Positions 11,920-23,577 of a stretch of 30,788 nucleotides of DNA are shown here, piece after piece. The stretch lies in the NCBI GenBank assembly GCA_000388065.2, contig KB932207.1; one strand, written 5' to 3'. The notes under the pieces are model-generated. The model was given only the letters and a program-made list of their open reading frames with translations, ran no database searches and had not been told where the DNA came from. A program made the position numbers and the translations under genes. Position 1 is the stretch's first letter; every line of letters starts with the position of its first letter. This DNA comes from Fonticula alba ATCC 38817. Lineage: Eukaryota; Protista; Nucleariida.

Positions 11920-12540
11920 ATCCCGCCCCTTTGGCCCTCCCTCCTTTCTCTCTCCCTCTCCCTCTCCCTCTCCCTCTCTCTCTCTCCCTCTCCCTTTCTC
12001 CCCTCCCCTGCTTGTGTCCTCCCCTGGCCGGGCTTCTCCCGTCGCCCCAGGAATGCCTGGTGTGCATGCCTTTCGGCGGAGGCGCGCGCGGTGCCGGTCG
12101 AGACCCGCCCCACTGCGAACCCTGTCCTTGTCCCGACGGGCACGCGGACGCCCCCCCCCCCCCGGTGCAATCGCCCGATCACACAGGCTCCTACGCCTGC
12201 CCGCACGCCTGCGCGCGTGTGTATCACACAAAATATACTCCCCTATCTCCGCCCCGCCCGATCGTTCAAAGGGAGAGAGAAAGAGCTGCCCACGGACCAC
12301 CGGGTCGGCGATCTTTCCCTCATCTGCCCCCCCCCCCCCCACCGTGGTGTGGATGTATTTCATGTTGGGGCGGCTCGGGGCCCGGGTGCCGGGCCAACGG
12401 GGCAGACACTTCCTGCATCTGCGCTCCCCGCCCTCCTCGCCCTTTCACTCGCATCTACGTGTGTTTCTTTCTTTCATCCGTTCTCTCTTCCTCTCTCTCT
12501 CTCTCTCTCTCCCTCTTTTTCTCCCCCTCCCCCTCGACCG

Positions 12541-13919
12541 ATGGATCATCGAAGGTCCTTTCTTTTTGATCTGGAGCCGGTGTCCTTTATTCCCCTCGGG
12601 GAGGAGGCCGCGGCCGATGCCGGCGACTCGGCTCTCAGCCTCCCGCCGATGACGGGCGAGGACTACCTCCAACGGGTTCGGTGCGTGCCAGTCTCCGATC
12701 TTGCCTCGCGGGTGGCTGGCCGTGAATGCCGCCCGGGGATTTCCGTTCGCTGACCTCCTGTGGGTGGGTCTGGGACCGGGCCAGCCGCGAGGCGTCCGAA
12801 ATGCCGAGCGTCGTGGTGGCCAATGTGACATCCACTTGGACACCGGGCGAGGTGAGCGGCGGGGGATCGGCGGCGCCCCGGCGCCCGGGGGCACCCGCGC
12901 GCACCGGCTCCGCAAGCCTGCACCACACCCAACGTGCGGCCATCCGCCACGATTTGCAGTTCACCCGGCCGGACACGGCGGCCCATCTGGCCGACCTGGA
13001 GGCGGCCGTGCGCCCGACCGAGGCCGACGGCCCCGATCGGCCGGGGGCCTATGCCGATCGGATCCTCCGCGCCGGTCTTGGCATCCCCTTTCGGGTGTAC
13101 TTCGCCGGGCGGTATGCTCGCCTGCGGGGGCGCCTGCGTGGCCCCCCGGGCTCCAGTCCGTGGGAGCACCCGCCACTCTTTGTCGAGCCTGTGTCCGCAT
13201 TCTGGCAGGACATCCAGGCGGCGCCCGGGCAATCGGGCCAGCTGCCGGAGGTGGCGCTGCTCCCGGGGCTGGAGTGCCGGTCGCTGCCGGTTGGCACATA
13301 TGCCGGGGCGTCCGGGGCACTGGAGCGCTTGGCCGATACACTGGCCATGGCCCCGGGGGCCGATCTCCTGGCCTCCGGGGCTCTGCTCGACCAGGCCCTC
13401 TCGCCCGAGAGCCCGGACATGCGCACGGCTCTTCGCCTGGTCCTGGGCCTGGCCCGGTGCGCGCCGTGGCTCTTCCTGGTCCTGGCCCGGGTGGCCGGTC
13501 CGTCCCTGGCAGCCGGGGACTTCCTGGACGACCTACTCGAGGAGGGACTCCCCTCGGCAAGTGTCACCGTCGCCACGGCCGCCACGGCCGCCACCACGCT
13601 CACCGCCACCACCACTACCACGGCGGAGGTGCGCCAGCGGTGCGCCGGCATCCCGGCAGCCGACCTTCAGCGACATATCTCCCGGCATCAGGCTCTCGGA
13701 GTGAACTCGGACGTTCTGTCGGCCGTGCGTCAGGTTGGTCGCCTGGCCGGGGCCGGGCTGCTCCTGTGTCGGGCGCTCGTTCGCCAGCACACCGCGGGGC
13801 CGTCAACTGCGCGCGACCTGGCCCCGGTGGTGGAAAACCTCACCCTCCTGAGCGTCATCGTGGTGGACACCTTCGCCCAACGGGACCTCCTGCCAGGGGA
13901 AGATGCGCCGGCGGCCTAG
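12541..13919 (+). CDS. GEMIN2: Gemin2/SIP1 (SMN complex, snRNP assembly) homolog; exons 12541-12680 and 12785-13919, about 424 aa
   Basis: N-terminal PPMTGEDYLQRVR|REASEMPSVVVA matches the Gemin2 'P.tg.eYL.rV..EA...P.VVva' motif, and C-terminal IVVDTFAQRDLL matches 'v..yF.QrDL'. GTGCGT donor at 12681 and CCAG acceptor at 12784 are in frame. Confidence 0.8.
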
Positions 13920-14084
13920 CTCCCTCCTCCTCGCCCTGCTCGGCAATAGAATAGCGACCCCTTCCCGATGGCCCGCCATTTCATGCTCCCTGCCCTGTGT
14001 GTCTCACATCTATTTTGGACCGGCGCTTGTGGCACATGCACTTCTCCTGCTCTCGAGGTCCATGGCACAGGGGGCTGGCTTGGT

Positions 14085-14115
<31 letters not shown>

Positions 14116-14193
14116 GGGGCGCCTCGCCGGCCGGCCGGCCGGCTACTCGTGCGCCGGGGGGCCGAGCGGGGCCCCCCACACAGCGGGCCAGAG

Positions 14194-17100
14194 TCACGAC
14201 ATGGCTCCCATGGCGCCGAAGAGCGACCCCATGTCCACATAGCCCAGGGCATTGAGCTCCAGATACCGGCGGACCTCGGCTTGCACAGATCGGATCAGCT
14301 CGATGGTGTCTACGGATGGAGGAGGGAAGATCCCAGGAGGAAGGTATCCGACCGATGCCAAGCCGAAGGGGTCAGTAAAAATCCGCGCACACACACAGAC
14401 AGCAAGGCGACCTCCCCCCCCCCCTCGCCCCGCCCCCGCCGGACGCATGTGTAAAAGGGCGGAAGTGGCATGGAGGGGAGGAGAAGAAAGAAGAGGAGGA
14501 GCGGAGGGGGCGGGAAAGGCGGGCAGATGACCCAACATACCCGGCTCGTCCAGCTCATACAGCTCGGTCATGTCCAGGGCGCCGGGCTCGGAGACCCGGT
14601 GCGCGCGCTTTTCCGCCTCCATGATGCGGGCGCGATCAAAGAGGAAGTCAAAGTAGTGCAGCTGGTTGTAGAGATCCGTCGACGAGAGCACCGGGGTCAG
14701 GGTGCCGGAGCCGCCACAGCCGTTGAGCGCGCGGCAGCGGCGCGCCTCGCCGGCCGCGCCGGACAGGTCCACGGCCGGGGCCCCGCGGACGTGGCGCCCC
14801 CGAGCGCCACACTCATCGCACGCATTCCAGCCCTCATAGTACTGGGAAATGGCCCGGCGGATGGCGCGCACCACGCCATTGAAGACCACCGCCCGGGGGA
14901 AGATCGCCAGGCAGCCGCCACACCGGAAGCCATTGCGCACGAGGAAGCGCGCATTGGTGGCCGACGTCGACGCCAGCGACAGGTCCCCAGCGGCGCCGCG
15001 CTGTCCGGCGGCGGCGGCGGCGGCGGCCGGGTCGATCGGCTCGAAGCGCAAAACCCCCCGGAAGGGCCCAACGCGGGGACAGTGCACGCACGAGAGGAAC
15101 AGCTGGGGACACTGGCTGAAGCGGTCGGCGTCGGTCGACCCGAAGAGACCGGCCAGGGTGTCGGCCACCGGGTCACTCGCCAGGCCGAAGTACGACGAGC
15201 CGAAGCCGCCGCCGGCGCCGGCACCGGCGCCGGCCGAGCGAGCGGGGTCAAAGCGCCGCGCATCCAGCCCCAGACACTCGGCCAGCTGCCCCATGTGCAG
15301 GTCTCCGATCGGGGCACACAGCCGCGAGATCGGCGGGAAGATCTGCTGGGAGATGTACCAATCGAAGTCGATCTGCAGCACGCCGCTGCTGAGGCTCACC
15401 TCGTCCGGATGGAAGGCGTAGCGCGCGAAGCCGGTGCCGGCCGTCGTGGGCCCCGGCCCGCCGGCCGCCGGCCCCGCCCCGGCGGATGCCTCCTGCAGCA
15501 TGTCCACCGACTCCGGCGTGCAGATGACATACGGGATGACATCGTTGGCGCGCTGGCTGATGCCGCGCGCGCGCTGGCGCAGGGCCACCATGACGTGCGG
15601 GTGGTTCCGCGCGTCGACATACTGCTCCGGTGCCCGGACCAGGGTCTTGTAGATGACAAACTGCGCGGTGTCCACCCGGCCGGCCCGGATGTCGGCATTC
15701 CGCGCGCGCACCACATCCAGCACGCGCTGCGCGAAGGACAGGGCGGCGTCCGTGGCGGCCAGCGGGTCGCCGGCGCCGGCCGCTCGCAGGGCCGCCCGCG
15801 CCACCGGATCCAAGCCGAAGATGACGTCCAGCACATCGCGCGATAGCTGCCGCGTCAGCATGCACCAGTCGCGCCGGACCATGTCGATGCCCTTGATCTC
15901 GAGCTTGGTCTCGAAGCCGGGCATGCCGCCGGCCCCGGCCAGGGTGTTGGCCGCGGCCGGCCCCCCCTCCAGGGCCCGGACCACCGACAGGGCGGCATAC
16001 TTCTTCTTGCGCAGCAGCAGCAGCCGCGCGAAGATGTTGTCCATGTCCAGCTCGATGTGGCGGAAGCCCTTGTTCACCTCGCGGATGATGTCCGAGGCGG
16101 CCCGCCGGGCGGCGGCATACTCATGCGAGTGGGTGTTGATCATGAGCGAGTCCGTGTCGCCGTAGACGACCGTGAAGGATTGCCCCGCCTCGACCAGCTG
16201 CACCGTCTGGTTGAGCACGTCACGGCCCTTGGCCGTGATCAGCATGGCCAGCGGCCGGGCAAAGAACCGCGAATGCGCGAACCCCAAACACCCGTACATG
16301 GAGTTGGCCGTCAGCTTGAGGGCCTGCTGCCGGAGGTTCAGCTGGTCGTACTCGACCGGCCCGAGGCCCGGGCGCCTCATCTGCCGGCGGACAGCCCCAC
16401 GCTGGGCAATCAGCGAGGCCAGGATGTCCGGGAGAATGCCCCGGGGGGTGCCCTCGGCCGGGACCGGCGGCAACGCATGCCGGGCCTTGGTGTCGGTGGT
16501 GGTCTCGCCATCAGCACCGGTGCCGGGGGAGGCCCCCCCGGAAAACCGGTCCACCGTGGTGAAGCAAATGTTGTACTCCTGGATGATGCTCGGGTAGAGG
16601 GAGTTGAAGTCCAGCACCAGGATCATGGTGTCATAGAGGCCGATCTTCGGCTCGAGCACCATGCCACCCTGGTAGGTGGGGCCGCGCTTGCGCTTGGCCG
16701 CGGCGTGGGTCCCACCACCGGGCCCCTTCGACCGGCCACCCGCCCGGGCGTCCTCATCGCCCGAGGCATTGTCCTCGCCATCGGACAGGGAGCCCAGCGA
16801 GGCGGCCACCGCCTCCACCTCATCCTCGGCATTGAAAATGACCGGGGCAGGGGCCTGGGCCCGGCCGGGCTTCTTGCCCCGGCCGCCGGGCCCGGCCGAC
16901 CCGCTCCCCCGGCCGCCCTGCCGATCGGGCACGATGTACTTCAGCCCATGGAAGGTGTGCAGCAGGAGGTACTCATTGCGCCCGGCGCGCGAGCCGGCCA
17001 GCGTGTTGTTCCACAGGTTGCCGGCGATGGCGGTCAGCTGCCGGCTCAGGGGCAGGTAGCTGAGCTTGAACAGCAGCATGAACACCAGGTGCGCCTCGAA

Positions 17101-19508
17101 GAGGCTGTGCTGGTGGATGTCCCACACCGAGGCCGCCCGGGCCAGGTAGGCCTCCGCCTCGTCGGCCGGCACCGGGACATAATCGAAGAAGGTCCCCAAC
17201 TGGCCCTTGGGATCCAGGTAGCTGGAAAGCAGGTGCTCCAGGGTGTAGGACTGCTCGCGCAGGGCATCCCGCGCGGCCAGCTGCGTGTCGCACAGCAGCC
17301 GGCCACCGGTCAGCATGCGCTCGTAGAAGGAGCTCAGGGCCCCCTTGCCGAAGGTGTGCGGCCAGTCCCGGCGCCGGAGCCGGCCCAGACGCGACCAGTC
17401 CCGTGCCCGAGTGGCCTGCAGCCGATGCAGCAGCGTCTCCAGCGTGCCGCCACTGCCGCCGGGGCCCGCGCCAAAGCCACTGCCCAGCAGCCCATGCCCC
17501 AGCAGGACGTCCACATCGATGTGCACCAGCTTCTCCAGGACAAACTCCAGCAGGTCCTTCTCCGAGGCCCGGGCCACGATCCCCGGGCAGGCGGCCACGG
17601 CCGCCTGGCCGACTCGGCGGAAGACCGACAAAATGTCGAAGTTGCTGGCGATGGGCCCGTCCAGGGGGGTCGGCGCGTCGGCCGACACCTGCTGGTGCGC
17701 GCGCAGCGTCACCCCGAAGATCTCCTTCCCCCGGCCGGTCCGGTCGACCAGCGTCTTGAGGCTGATGCTGACCACCACCAGCGGCGGGGGGCCCGGGGGC
17801 GGGTCATTGGCCGCCGCCGGGGGGGCTGGCCAGCCGTGACGTTCCCACCGGGGGGAGACCTTGGCATTCGGTGCGCTCGGGGTGGCCCCGGTGGTGGGGC
17901 CCTCGGCGGTGCCGGTGTTCGTGGCGGCCATGGCCCCGGCGTGGATGCCCTTCGGGTTGTCGAGGGAATATTCGTGCCGGCTCCAGGTGACGAAGCGCTC
18001 GGCCGGCGTCGCCTCGCAGCCGTAAATCCACAGCCAGCTCGGGCCCTTGAGGCGGTTCTTGACGATGAAGCGCTCCTGGATGCGAGTGTCCGCGCCGAAG
18101 ACATGCGAGAAGGTGCGTCCCTTGAGGTCGGCCGGCAGGGTCGGGGCTGGGCAGGGTGGCGGGCCAGAGACAGGAGGCGGGGGGAGGAAGGGGGAGGGGG
18201 GGGGGGCATGGAGGAAATGGTCAGGCCTGCAGGCGGCGAAGGAAGGCGCCTACTGCCCAGCCCCCCGGGGGCAGCCGGGCCGGGCAAATGGCGCGGCAAG
18301 GTGGCAAGAGACAGGAAAAGAAGAGGCGAGGCGCCCCGCGAGCTCGGCGCACCGGTGAACGAGTAGGACACCTTCAAGTATTCGGCCTCACGCGGGATGT
18401 GCTCCAGCTCGAAGCCGTACTTCCGGCGGACCGGCTTGGAGGACCACTCGCGGATGCCATGCCGGGCAAAGAGGTCGGCCAGCTCGGCCTCCACCTCCTC
18501 CATGCTGTAGGAGGGGCCATCTGCCGGGCAGATGGGGGGTCAAGGACGTCAGAGGCCGGAAGAGGGGACAGTGCGCAGACGAAGAGGCCAAGGGCAGGGC
18601 AGGGCGAGGGGGGAGGGGGAGACGCAAAAGGGGGGCAAAAGGAAAAGGAAGGCCTCGCTGCTGCTGCTGCTGCTCACCGGCGGGCGCACCGTCACCATCC
18701 TCCGTGCGGGGGAGGAAAAACAGGTTGCGCTCGACATTGCGCACGGCAATGCTGCAGCTCTGGTACTGCGGGCGCTGGTCCGTGCCACCATGGCGGATCT
18801 TCCCGCACAGGTAGATGACCCCCGCGTGGTCGATGCAGTCCAGCCAGTAGAAGTGCAGCCAGCCCGGGCTGGCGGGCCCCGGGGCCACGGCGGCCCGGGG
18901 GGCGTCCGCCGGCTCTGCCCGCAGGAAGCGGTTGGCATCCGGGAGGGAGCCGGACAGCTGGCTGGTGGCCGGCTGGGATGACGGCCCAGCAGGTGCCATG
19001 GGCATGGCCGTGGCCACTTCGCTTTCCAGCTCCAGCAGGGCCGCCTCGTCATCGCTGTCGATGGTGGCGGCGGCGATGGCGGCGGCGCGCTGCGCGGCCA
19101 CACGCCGATCGGCATCGGCCGCGGCCTGCGCCCGCGCCAGATACGGCGATGGGGCATACCCGGCCCCAGAGCCGAAGGCCGTGAAGGAGGCCGACGTGTC
19201 GGACCCGGGCCGCTGCTGCTTCGAGGAGCCGTCCCGGGTGCCGGCGGCCTCGCTGCGGATATTGTCCGCCAGCGAGGCGAGATCCATGTCCTACGGCGGG
19301 GGACGCCTTCGGTCAGAGGGGACCCACGGTGCGGGAGGGGCGGCGAGGGAGGGAGGGCGCAGATGCAAGCCAGGCCCATTGGAGGGCCGGAGGACCGATC
19401 AAATCCACGTACCAGATCGTCGCCATTCTGGGTGGCGCGCAGGGGCTGGTTGGCGGCGGCCTTGGCGAACATGGTTGTAATGCGGCTCTCGGCCGGGGCG
19501 AGGTCCGT
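14194..19508 (-). CDS. POLA1: DNA polymerase alpha catalytic subunit, exons 2-6: 19508-19413, 19290-18678, 18520-18353, 18146-14541, 14309-14194 (exon 1 displaced to 28577-28131)
   Basis: B-family motifs LDFNSLYPSIIQEYNICFTT, ALKLTANSMYGCLG and VYGDTDSLMI. Pol alpha-specific segments LHFYWLD, RNVERNLFFLPR, LKGRTFSHVFG, KGPSWL and RNEYLLLHTF. C-terminal Cys clusters (CVHC, CGGC, CDEC). With exon 1 the CDS is 5046 nt (1682 codons). Confidence 0.97.
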
Positions 19509-19541
19509 CTGGGAGCGCATGGGTGGGAGGGGGGAGGGGGG

Positions 19542-19551
19542 NNNNNNNNNN
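19542..19551. other. Assembly gap (10 N, probably a placeholder size) within POLA1 intron 1
   Basis: Run of 10 N flanked by poly-G and poly-C. Confidence 1.
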
Positions 19552-20934
19552 CCCCCCCAATCGCCACCGCACGCGGAGGCCCGGGCCGATGATGCCGCGA
19601 GGACGCATGTCCCTGCCCCAGCTGCCACCGCTGTGGCCTGGCTGCATGTCGGGGTCGCCGCCGCGTGCGCCGACCCTGGGGAGTGGGGTGGGGGGGGGGG
19701 GACGCCTCCCTGAAAGGGCGGCGAGTGGGGGCACCGGGTGTGTGTCCCTCCATTACGCAGGTAGCCGGAGCACAATTATGCCGGCCCGAGTGGCGCATGT
19801 CGGGGCCGATAAATGATGATCGCACCCGGGGGGGGGGGATGGGGGGATGGGGGGAGGGCCTGCTGTTGTGGCTTGTAACCGGCCGGCCGGCCGCCATCAT
19901 GCCCCCACGTTGGTGGTGGAGAGCACCGCCAGCCGGCCGGGTGCCGGTGGGGCGCCGGCTCGGGCAAGATCCCCGGCGCGGGCCCCTGGCAGAAACCTGT
20001 GCCGCCATTTCGCCCCATGCCCGGGGTCCGGGGTGCGGGCGGGTGCCTTTGCCCCGGTGGCAGGGCCGTCGGCGCGGCCTGGTGGCGGTGGCTCCGCCCT
20101 GCGATCATTCTCCCGGCGTGGATGACGCGAGGCCGGGCGGCGATACGCCGGCCGGGTTGAGTGCCGACCGCACCCGGGGCGCGGGAACCCGGGCCCGGGG
20201 CACGGGCTCCCGGCCGGCCGGCCTCTCCCTCGCGCGGCGGTTGCATCAGCCGTGACGCCTGGCCCCGCAGGGGTCGTCCTCGCGTCGGTGCGCCCGGCTG
20301 CTCGCGCTCCCGCCCCGCGTGTCGGGCGACCGGCGGGCTGGCCGTCTAGCATGCACGCCGACGCGCCCGGGGGGCGGGGGAAGCATCTCATCATAGCCGG
20401 GCATGCGCGCTCGGAGCTCGGGCACGCCCGCGATCGGCGTGGCCGAAGACTCCGCGCGTCCGGCCTTGCGGGAGGGCGCCGCTTCCGGTATTGTGTACGC
20501 ACACGCACACACACACACACTCGAGCAAACACAAACGAGCAAACGCAAACGAGCAGACGCGGCGAGGTCTGGGCTGCCACATCGATCCCCGTGGCCGACT
20601 GCTGTGTCCTGCTCCCGACACAGCAGGCCAGCTGTTGACGACGGCCACCGGCCAACAACGGCCTGCATGCTGTGGCGCACCCGTGGCCCGGCCACGGCGC
20701 ACACGATGCCAACAGATGCCCCGCAGACTGGCCCTCGGGAACGCATGCTCATGCCCATGCCCCGGTGGCCGGTTGGGCGCCAACATCCCGGCCGGCATCT
20801 CGATCGGACCCCCTCGGGCATGGCGAGCCGCGCGCCGAGGCCCAGTGTGCGTGGCTCCTCCAGGCCGGCTAGCTGGGTGGTGCTCGGCCTTGCCGATCCC
20901 CGACCGGCGCTCGCGCCACCCGGCCCGAGGCCCG

Positions 20935-20965
20935 CCGCCAGTCCGCCAGTCCGCCAGTCCGCCAG
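20935..20965. repeat. Tandem 8-mer (CCGCCAGT)x3 plus a partial copy
   Basis: ccgccagt ccgccagt ccgccagt ccgccag, upstream of the secreted-protein gene. Confidence 0.85.
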
Positions 20966-21147
20966 GCTCCCTGGGTCATCCCCTTGGTAGCGTGCGGACG
21001 CCCATGCATGGGGCCTCTGCACCAGGGCACCGTGTACCTGGGTGTCCGGCTGGGGAGGAGAGGGGCGGGGGGACCGCAGTCTCCGCCTGGGTGGCAGACC
21101 CCCTGGCAGGGGCCCACCACCAGCCAGCCGCAGGGCCGGGAGGGCAA

Positions 21148-21224
21148 GGCCGGGCGAGTAGGCCGGGCGAGTAGGCTGGGCGGGGGGCGGGCGGGGGGGC
21201 GGGCGGGGGGGGGGGGTATAAAAA
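21148..21224 (+). promoter_or_regulatory. Putative Pol II core promoter: 13-bp tandem element, GC boxes and a TATA box
   Basis: GGCCGGGCGAGTA x2 (21148-21173), several GGGCGG boxes, and TATAAAAA at 21217-21224, about 175 nt upstream of the ATG at 21397. Confidence 0.6.
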
Positions 21225-21396
21225 GCCCGGCCCTGCGGCTCGTTTGAGGATAAATTTTTTCACAGCCAAAGTCATCTGCTGAATCCCCCTAGCTGCCTCC
21301 CCCAAAGAGCACAAGCACTCGCGCCTCCCCGCCCGCCCCCCCCCCCCTTAGTTTAGTTTTTAGATTAGAACCTCCCCAGCCTCCCCCTCAATCACC

Positions 21397-22689
21397 ATGA
21401 TTTCTAAGAACCTCTTCGCCATTGCCTCCTTCGCCCTGGTTGCCCTGGCCGCCTCGGTCCCGGGCCTGGCCCTGGCCAAGGAGAACGGCGGCGACGGCAT
21501 GGCCCACCACGGCCACCACCACCACGATGGCCACCACCACGATGGCCACCACCACGATGGCCACCACCACGCCACCTACATCAAGGCCAGCGGCCACCAG
21601 GAGAAGTCCAAGACCAAGAGCAAGACCAAGCAGAAGGACTTCAGCCTCGGCATCAAGCACGTGCACCACCACCACCACGAGGAGAAGCCCACCACCAAGC
21701 CCACCCCGAAGCCCACCCCGAAGCCCACCCCCAAGCCCACCCCCAAGCCCACCCCCAAGCCCACCCCCAAGCCCACCCCGAAGCCCACCCCCAAGCCGGT
21801 GTGCACCTGCCCGGATGGCTCGGCGGCCGTGTGCTTCGCCAATGTCAAGCAGTGCGAGAACAACACCAACCCCCTGTCGGTGGCCAAGCCCGAGTCCTGC
21901 CTGTCCAACGGCAAGAACATCTACATGTGCGCCAGCGAGCAGGGCAAGTGCCGGTCGCTGCCCACCTGCGAGCTGGTCAACTCCGGTGTGGCCGAGCAGG
22001 ACCCCCACCTGAAGGGCTTCAACGGGGCGGACTTCTATGTCGAGGGCCACGCCGGGCGCTCGTACAACATCATCTCCGACGGCTCGCTCCAGGTGAATGC
22101 CCAGTTCACGCGGCTGAACAACCTCAACGGCACCTACATGGGCCGCGTGGGGATCCTCCTCGGCACCGATGCCATCGGCTTCGACCCCTCCTTCGGGGCC
22201 TTCCTCAACGGCAACCCCATGACCGACGGCCAGTCGGTCACCCTGCCCGAGGGTGATGTGGTCTTCGACATTGTGGACGCCCGGCCGCGCATGGTTGTCC
22301 GGACCCGGTCCTGGCAGATGATCGCCCGGGCGGTGCTCGAGCGCGGCATGGTCGACGAGGCGTACGTCAACCTGCACGCCAGCGTGGTCGGCACCCCGTC
22401 CGACCCGCACGGCCTGCTCGGCCAGACCGCCCGGTTCCTGATCGACGCCTCGGCCCCGGGCCCGAAGGACGTCGCCGGCAAGGACTTCCAGATCGAGGGC
22501 CACGAGGATGACTACGAGGTGACCGACGGCCTGTTCGGTGTCAAGTTCCGCTACAACAAGTACTCGCCCAACGGCGCGGCCAAGGGTGCCGCCAATGCCG
22601 GCGCCCGCCGCCGCATCGGCTCCAACGCCACCCCCCCGCGCAATGTCCCGCGCACCGTCCCCCAGTTCGAGGCCACCGTCGACATGTAA
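21397..22689 (+). CDS. Intronless secreted protein (430 aa): signal peptide, His-rich repeats, (KPTP)8, 8-Cys module and a root-cap/VWD-like C-terminal domain
   Basis: Uninterrupted ORF with very strong C/G third-position bias and hydrophobic N-terminus [27 protein letters not shown]. The segments [37 protein letters not shown] and PHGLLGQT...EGHEDDYEV resemble plant LEA-related root-cap proteins and VWD-like domains. Confidence 0.92.
   Translation: MISKNLFAIASFALVALAASVPGLALAKENGGDGMAHHGHHHHDGHHHDGHHHDGHHHATYIKASGHQEKSKTKSKTKQKDFSLGIKHVHHHHHEEKPTTKPTPKPTPKPTPKPTPKPTPKPTPKPTPKPTPKPVCTCPDGSAAVCFANVKQCENNTNPLSVAKPESCLSNGKNIYMCASEQGKCRSLPTCELVNSGVAEQDPHLKGFNGADFYVEGHAGRSYNIISDGSLQVNAQFTRLNNLNGTYMGRVGILLGTDAIGFDPSFGAFLNGNPMTDGQSVTLPEGDVVFDIVDARPRMVVRTRSWQMIARAVLERGMVDEAYVNLHASVVGTPSDPHGLLGQTARFLIDASAPGPKDVAGKDFQIEGHEDDYEVTDGLFGVKFRYNKYSPNGAAKGAANAGARRRIGSNATPPRNVPRTVPQFEATVDM
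21511..21573 (+). repeat. Coding 15-nt repeat (GGCCACCACCACGAT) giving GHHH(H)D x4
   Basis: Seen directly in DNA and protein. Confidence 0.9.
21685..21798 (+). repeat. Coding 12-nt repeat (AAGCCCACCCCS) giving KPTT-(KPTP)8-KP
   Basis: Eight KPTP units counted at 21697-21792. Confidence 0.95.
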
Positions 22690-23577
22690 GTGGCTCGCTG
22701 CCGCCGCCGCGGTCATGATGACCGCCCCCCTTAGAAATACCCCCCCCCCCCCCGCGCGCTGGGCACCGAAAAATGCCCGGCCCTTTTAGATTCCCAAATA
22801 ATCCCCCAGGCTGGGGAGATACCTCTCTCGAAGAACACAGTACACCACCGGGCGCACGGTGGCCCGGGTGCGCCGCCTCCGCCGCCGACATTTTCGAGCC
22901 TGCCGCTTGTCTTGCTGCCTTCCCTCCACCCCCCGCCCGAGAGCCGATGGCCACCCGTGTGAGCGGGCGTGTGAGTGTGTGCTCCAAAGCATGCACATGA
23001 GGATGCAGCTCGCACACGGCGCAGGGACCACTTGTGTCGGTTGCCGGTGGCGCACCAGGCCACCCCCGCGCTTCGCCCCCCCGCCCGGAGATCTCGCTCG
23101 ACATCGCACCGAGGAACGACCGGGCCGCCGCCTGGCGGATGGGTCCCCCCTCGGGCGTGCCGGGCGCGCAAGCCTCCGCCTCCTCCTCCCCCCCCCCCTG
23201 TACTCTCCGAGAATAGATTAGGCAAAAAAAAGCACCATCCCATGTCCAGCCAGGAGGAGGGGCAGCAAGGCAGGCCGAGAAGGGAGGGCGGGGGGCGGCA
23301 AGGGCTGGGGCAGCTGTGGGGAACGGGCAGGGTCACACACCTTCGCACGCAGAGGCGCCCTCTACCTGCCCACTCGGCAGCGATGTGCACGCACACGCCA
23401 CGGGCAGGCACCGGCGAGCTGCTGTGTGGGCGCGCAAGCCACAAGCCGGCAGTGTGCGCCTCCGGGCGCCGAGCGCGCCCACAATCGGGGGCCCCGCGGC
23501 CTTCGGCACACGCGAGGCCCCGATGCCCCCGCAGTCGCCCCTATTTCAGCACACACGGGGTGTGTTCCTCCACCGTG

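Noticed and set aside
16057-18366. 769-aa plus-strand ORF and other long antisense or overlapping ORFs, e.g. 14470-15846 (+) and 21388-22716 (-)
   Set aside because: These are antisense shadows of GC3-rich coding sequence, where stop codons are rare. No motifs are present.
14194-19508. Family B polymerase as a sign of a Polinton/Maverick, virus or plasmid
   Set aside because: It has Pol alpha-specific motifs, a C-terminal Cys-cluster domain and spliceosomal introns. There is no integrase, capsid, ATPase or terminal inverted repeat.
19552-20250. Missing 3' half of the NSDHL-like gene or another CDS after the 19542 gap
   Set aside because: No frame shows SDR motifs (YxxxK) or a convincing codon bias.
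21347-21368. TTAG-rich run as a telomeric seed
   Set aside because: It is irregular (TTAG, TTTAG, TTTTAG, ATTAG), is not TTAGGG, and lies in a probable 5' UTR.
21685-21798. Regular 12-bp and 15-bp repeats as a CRISPR-like array
   Set aside because: They are in-frame coding repeats without spacers, in a eukaryotic gene.
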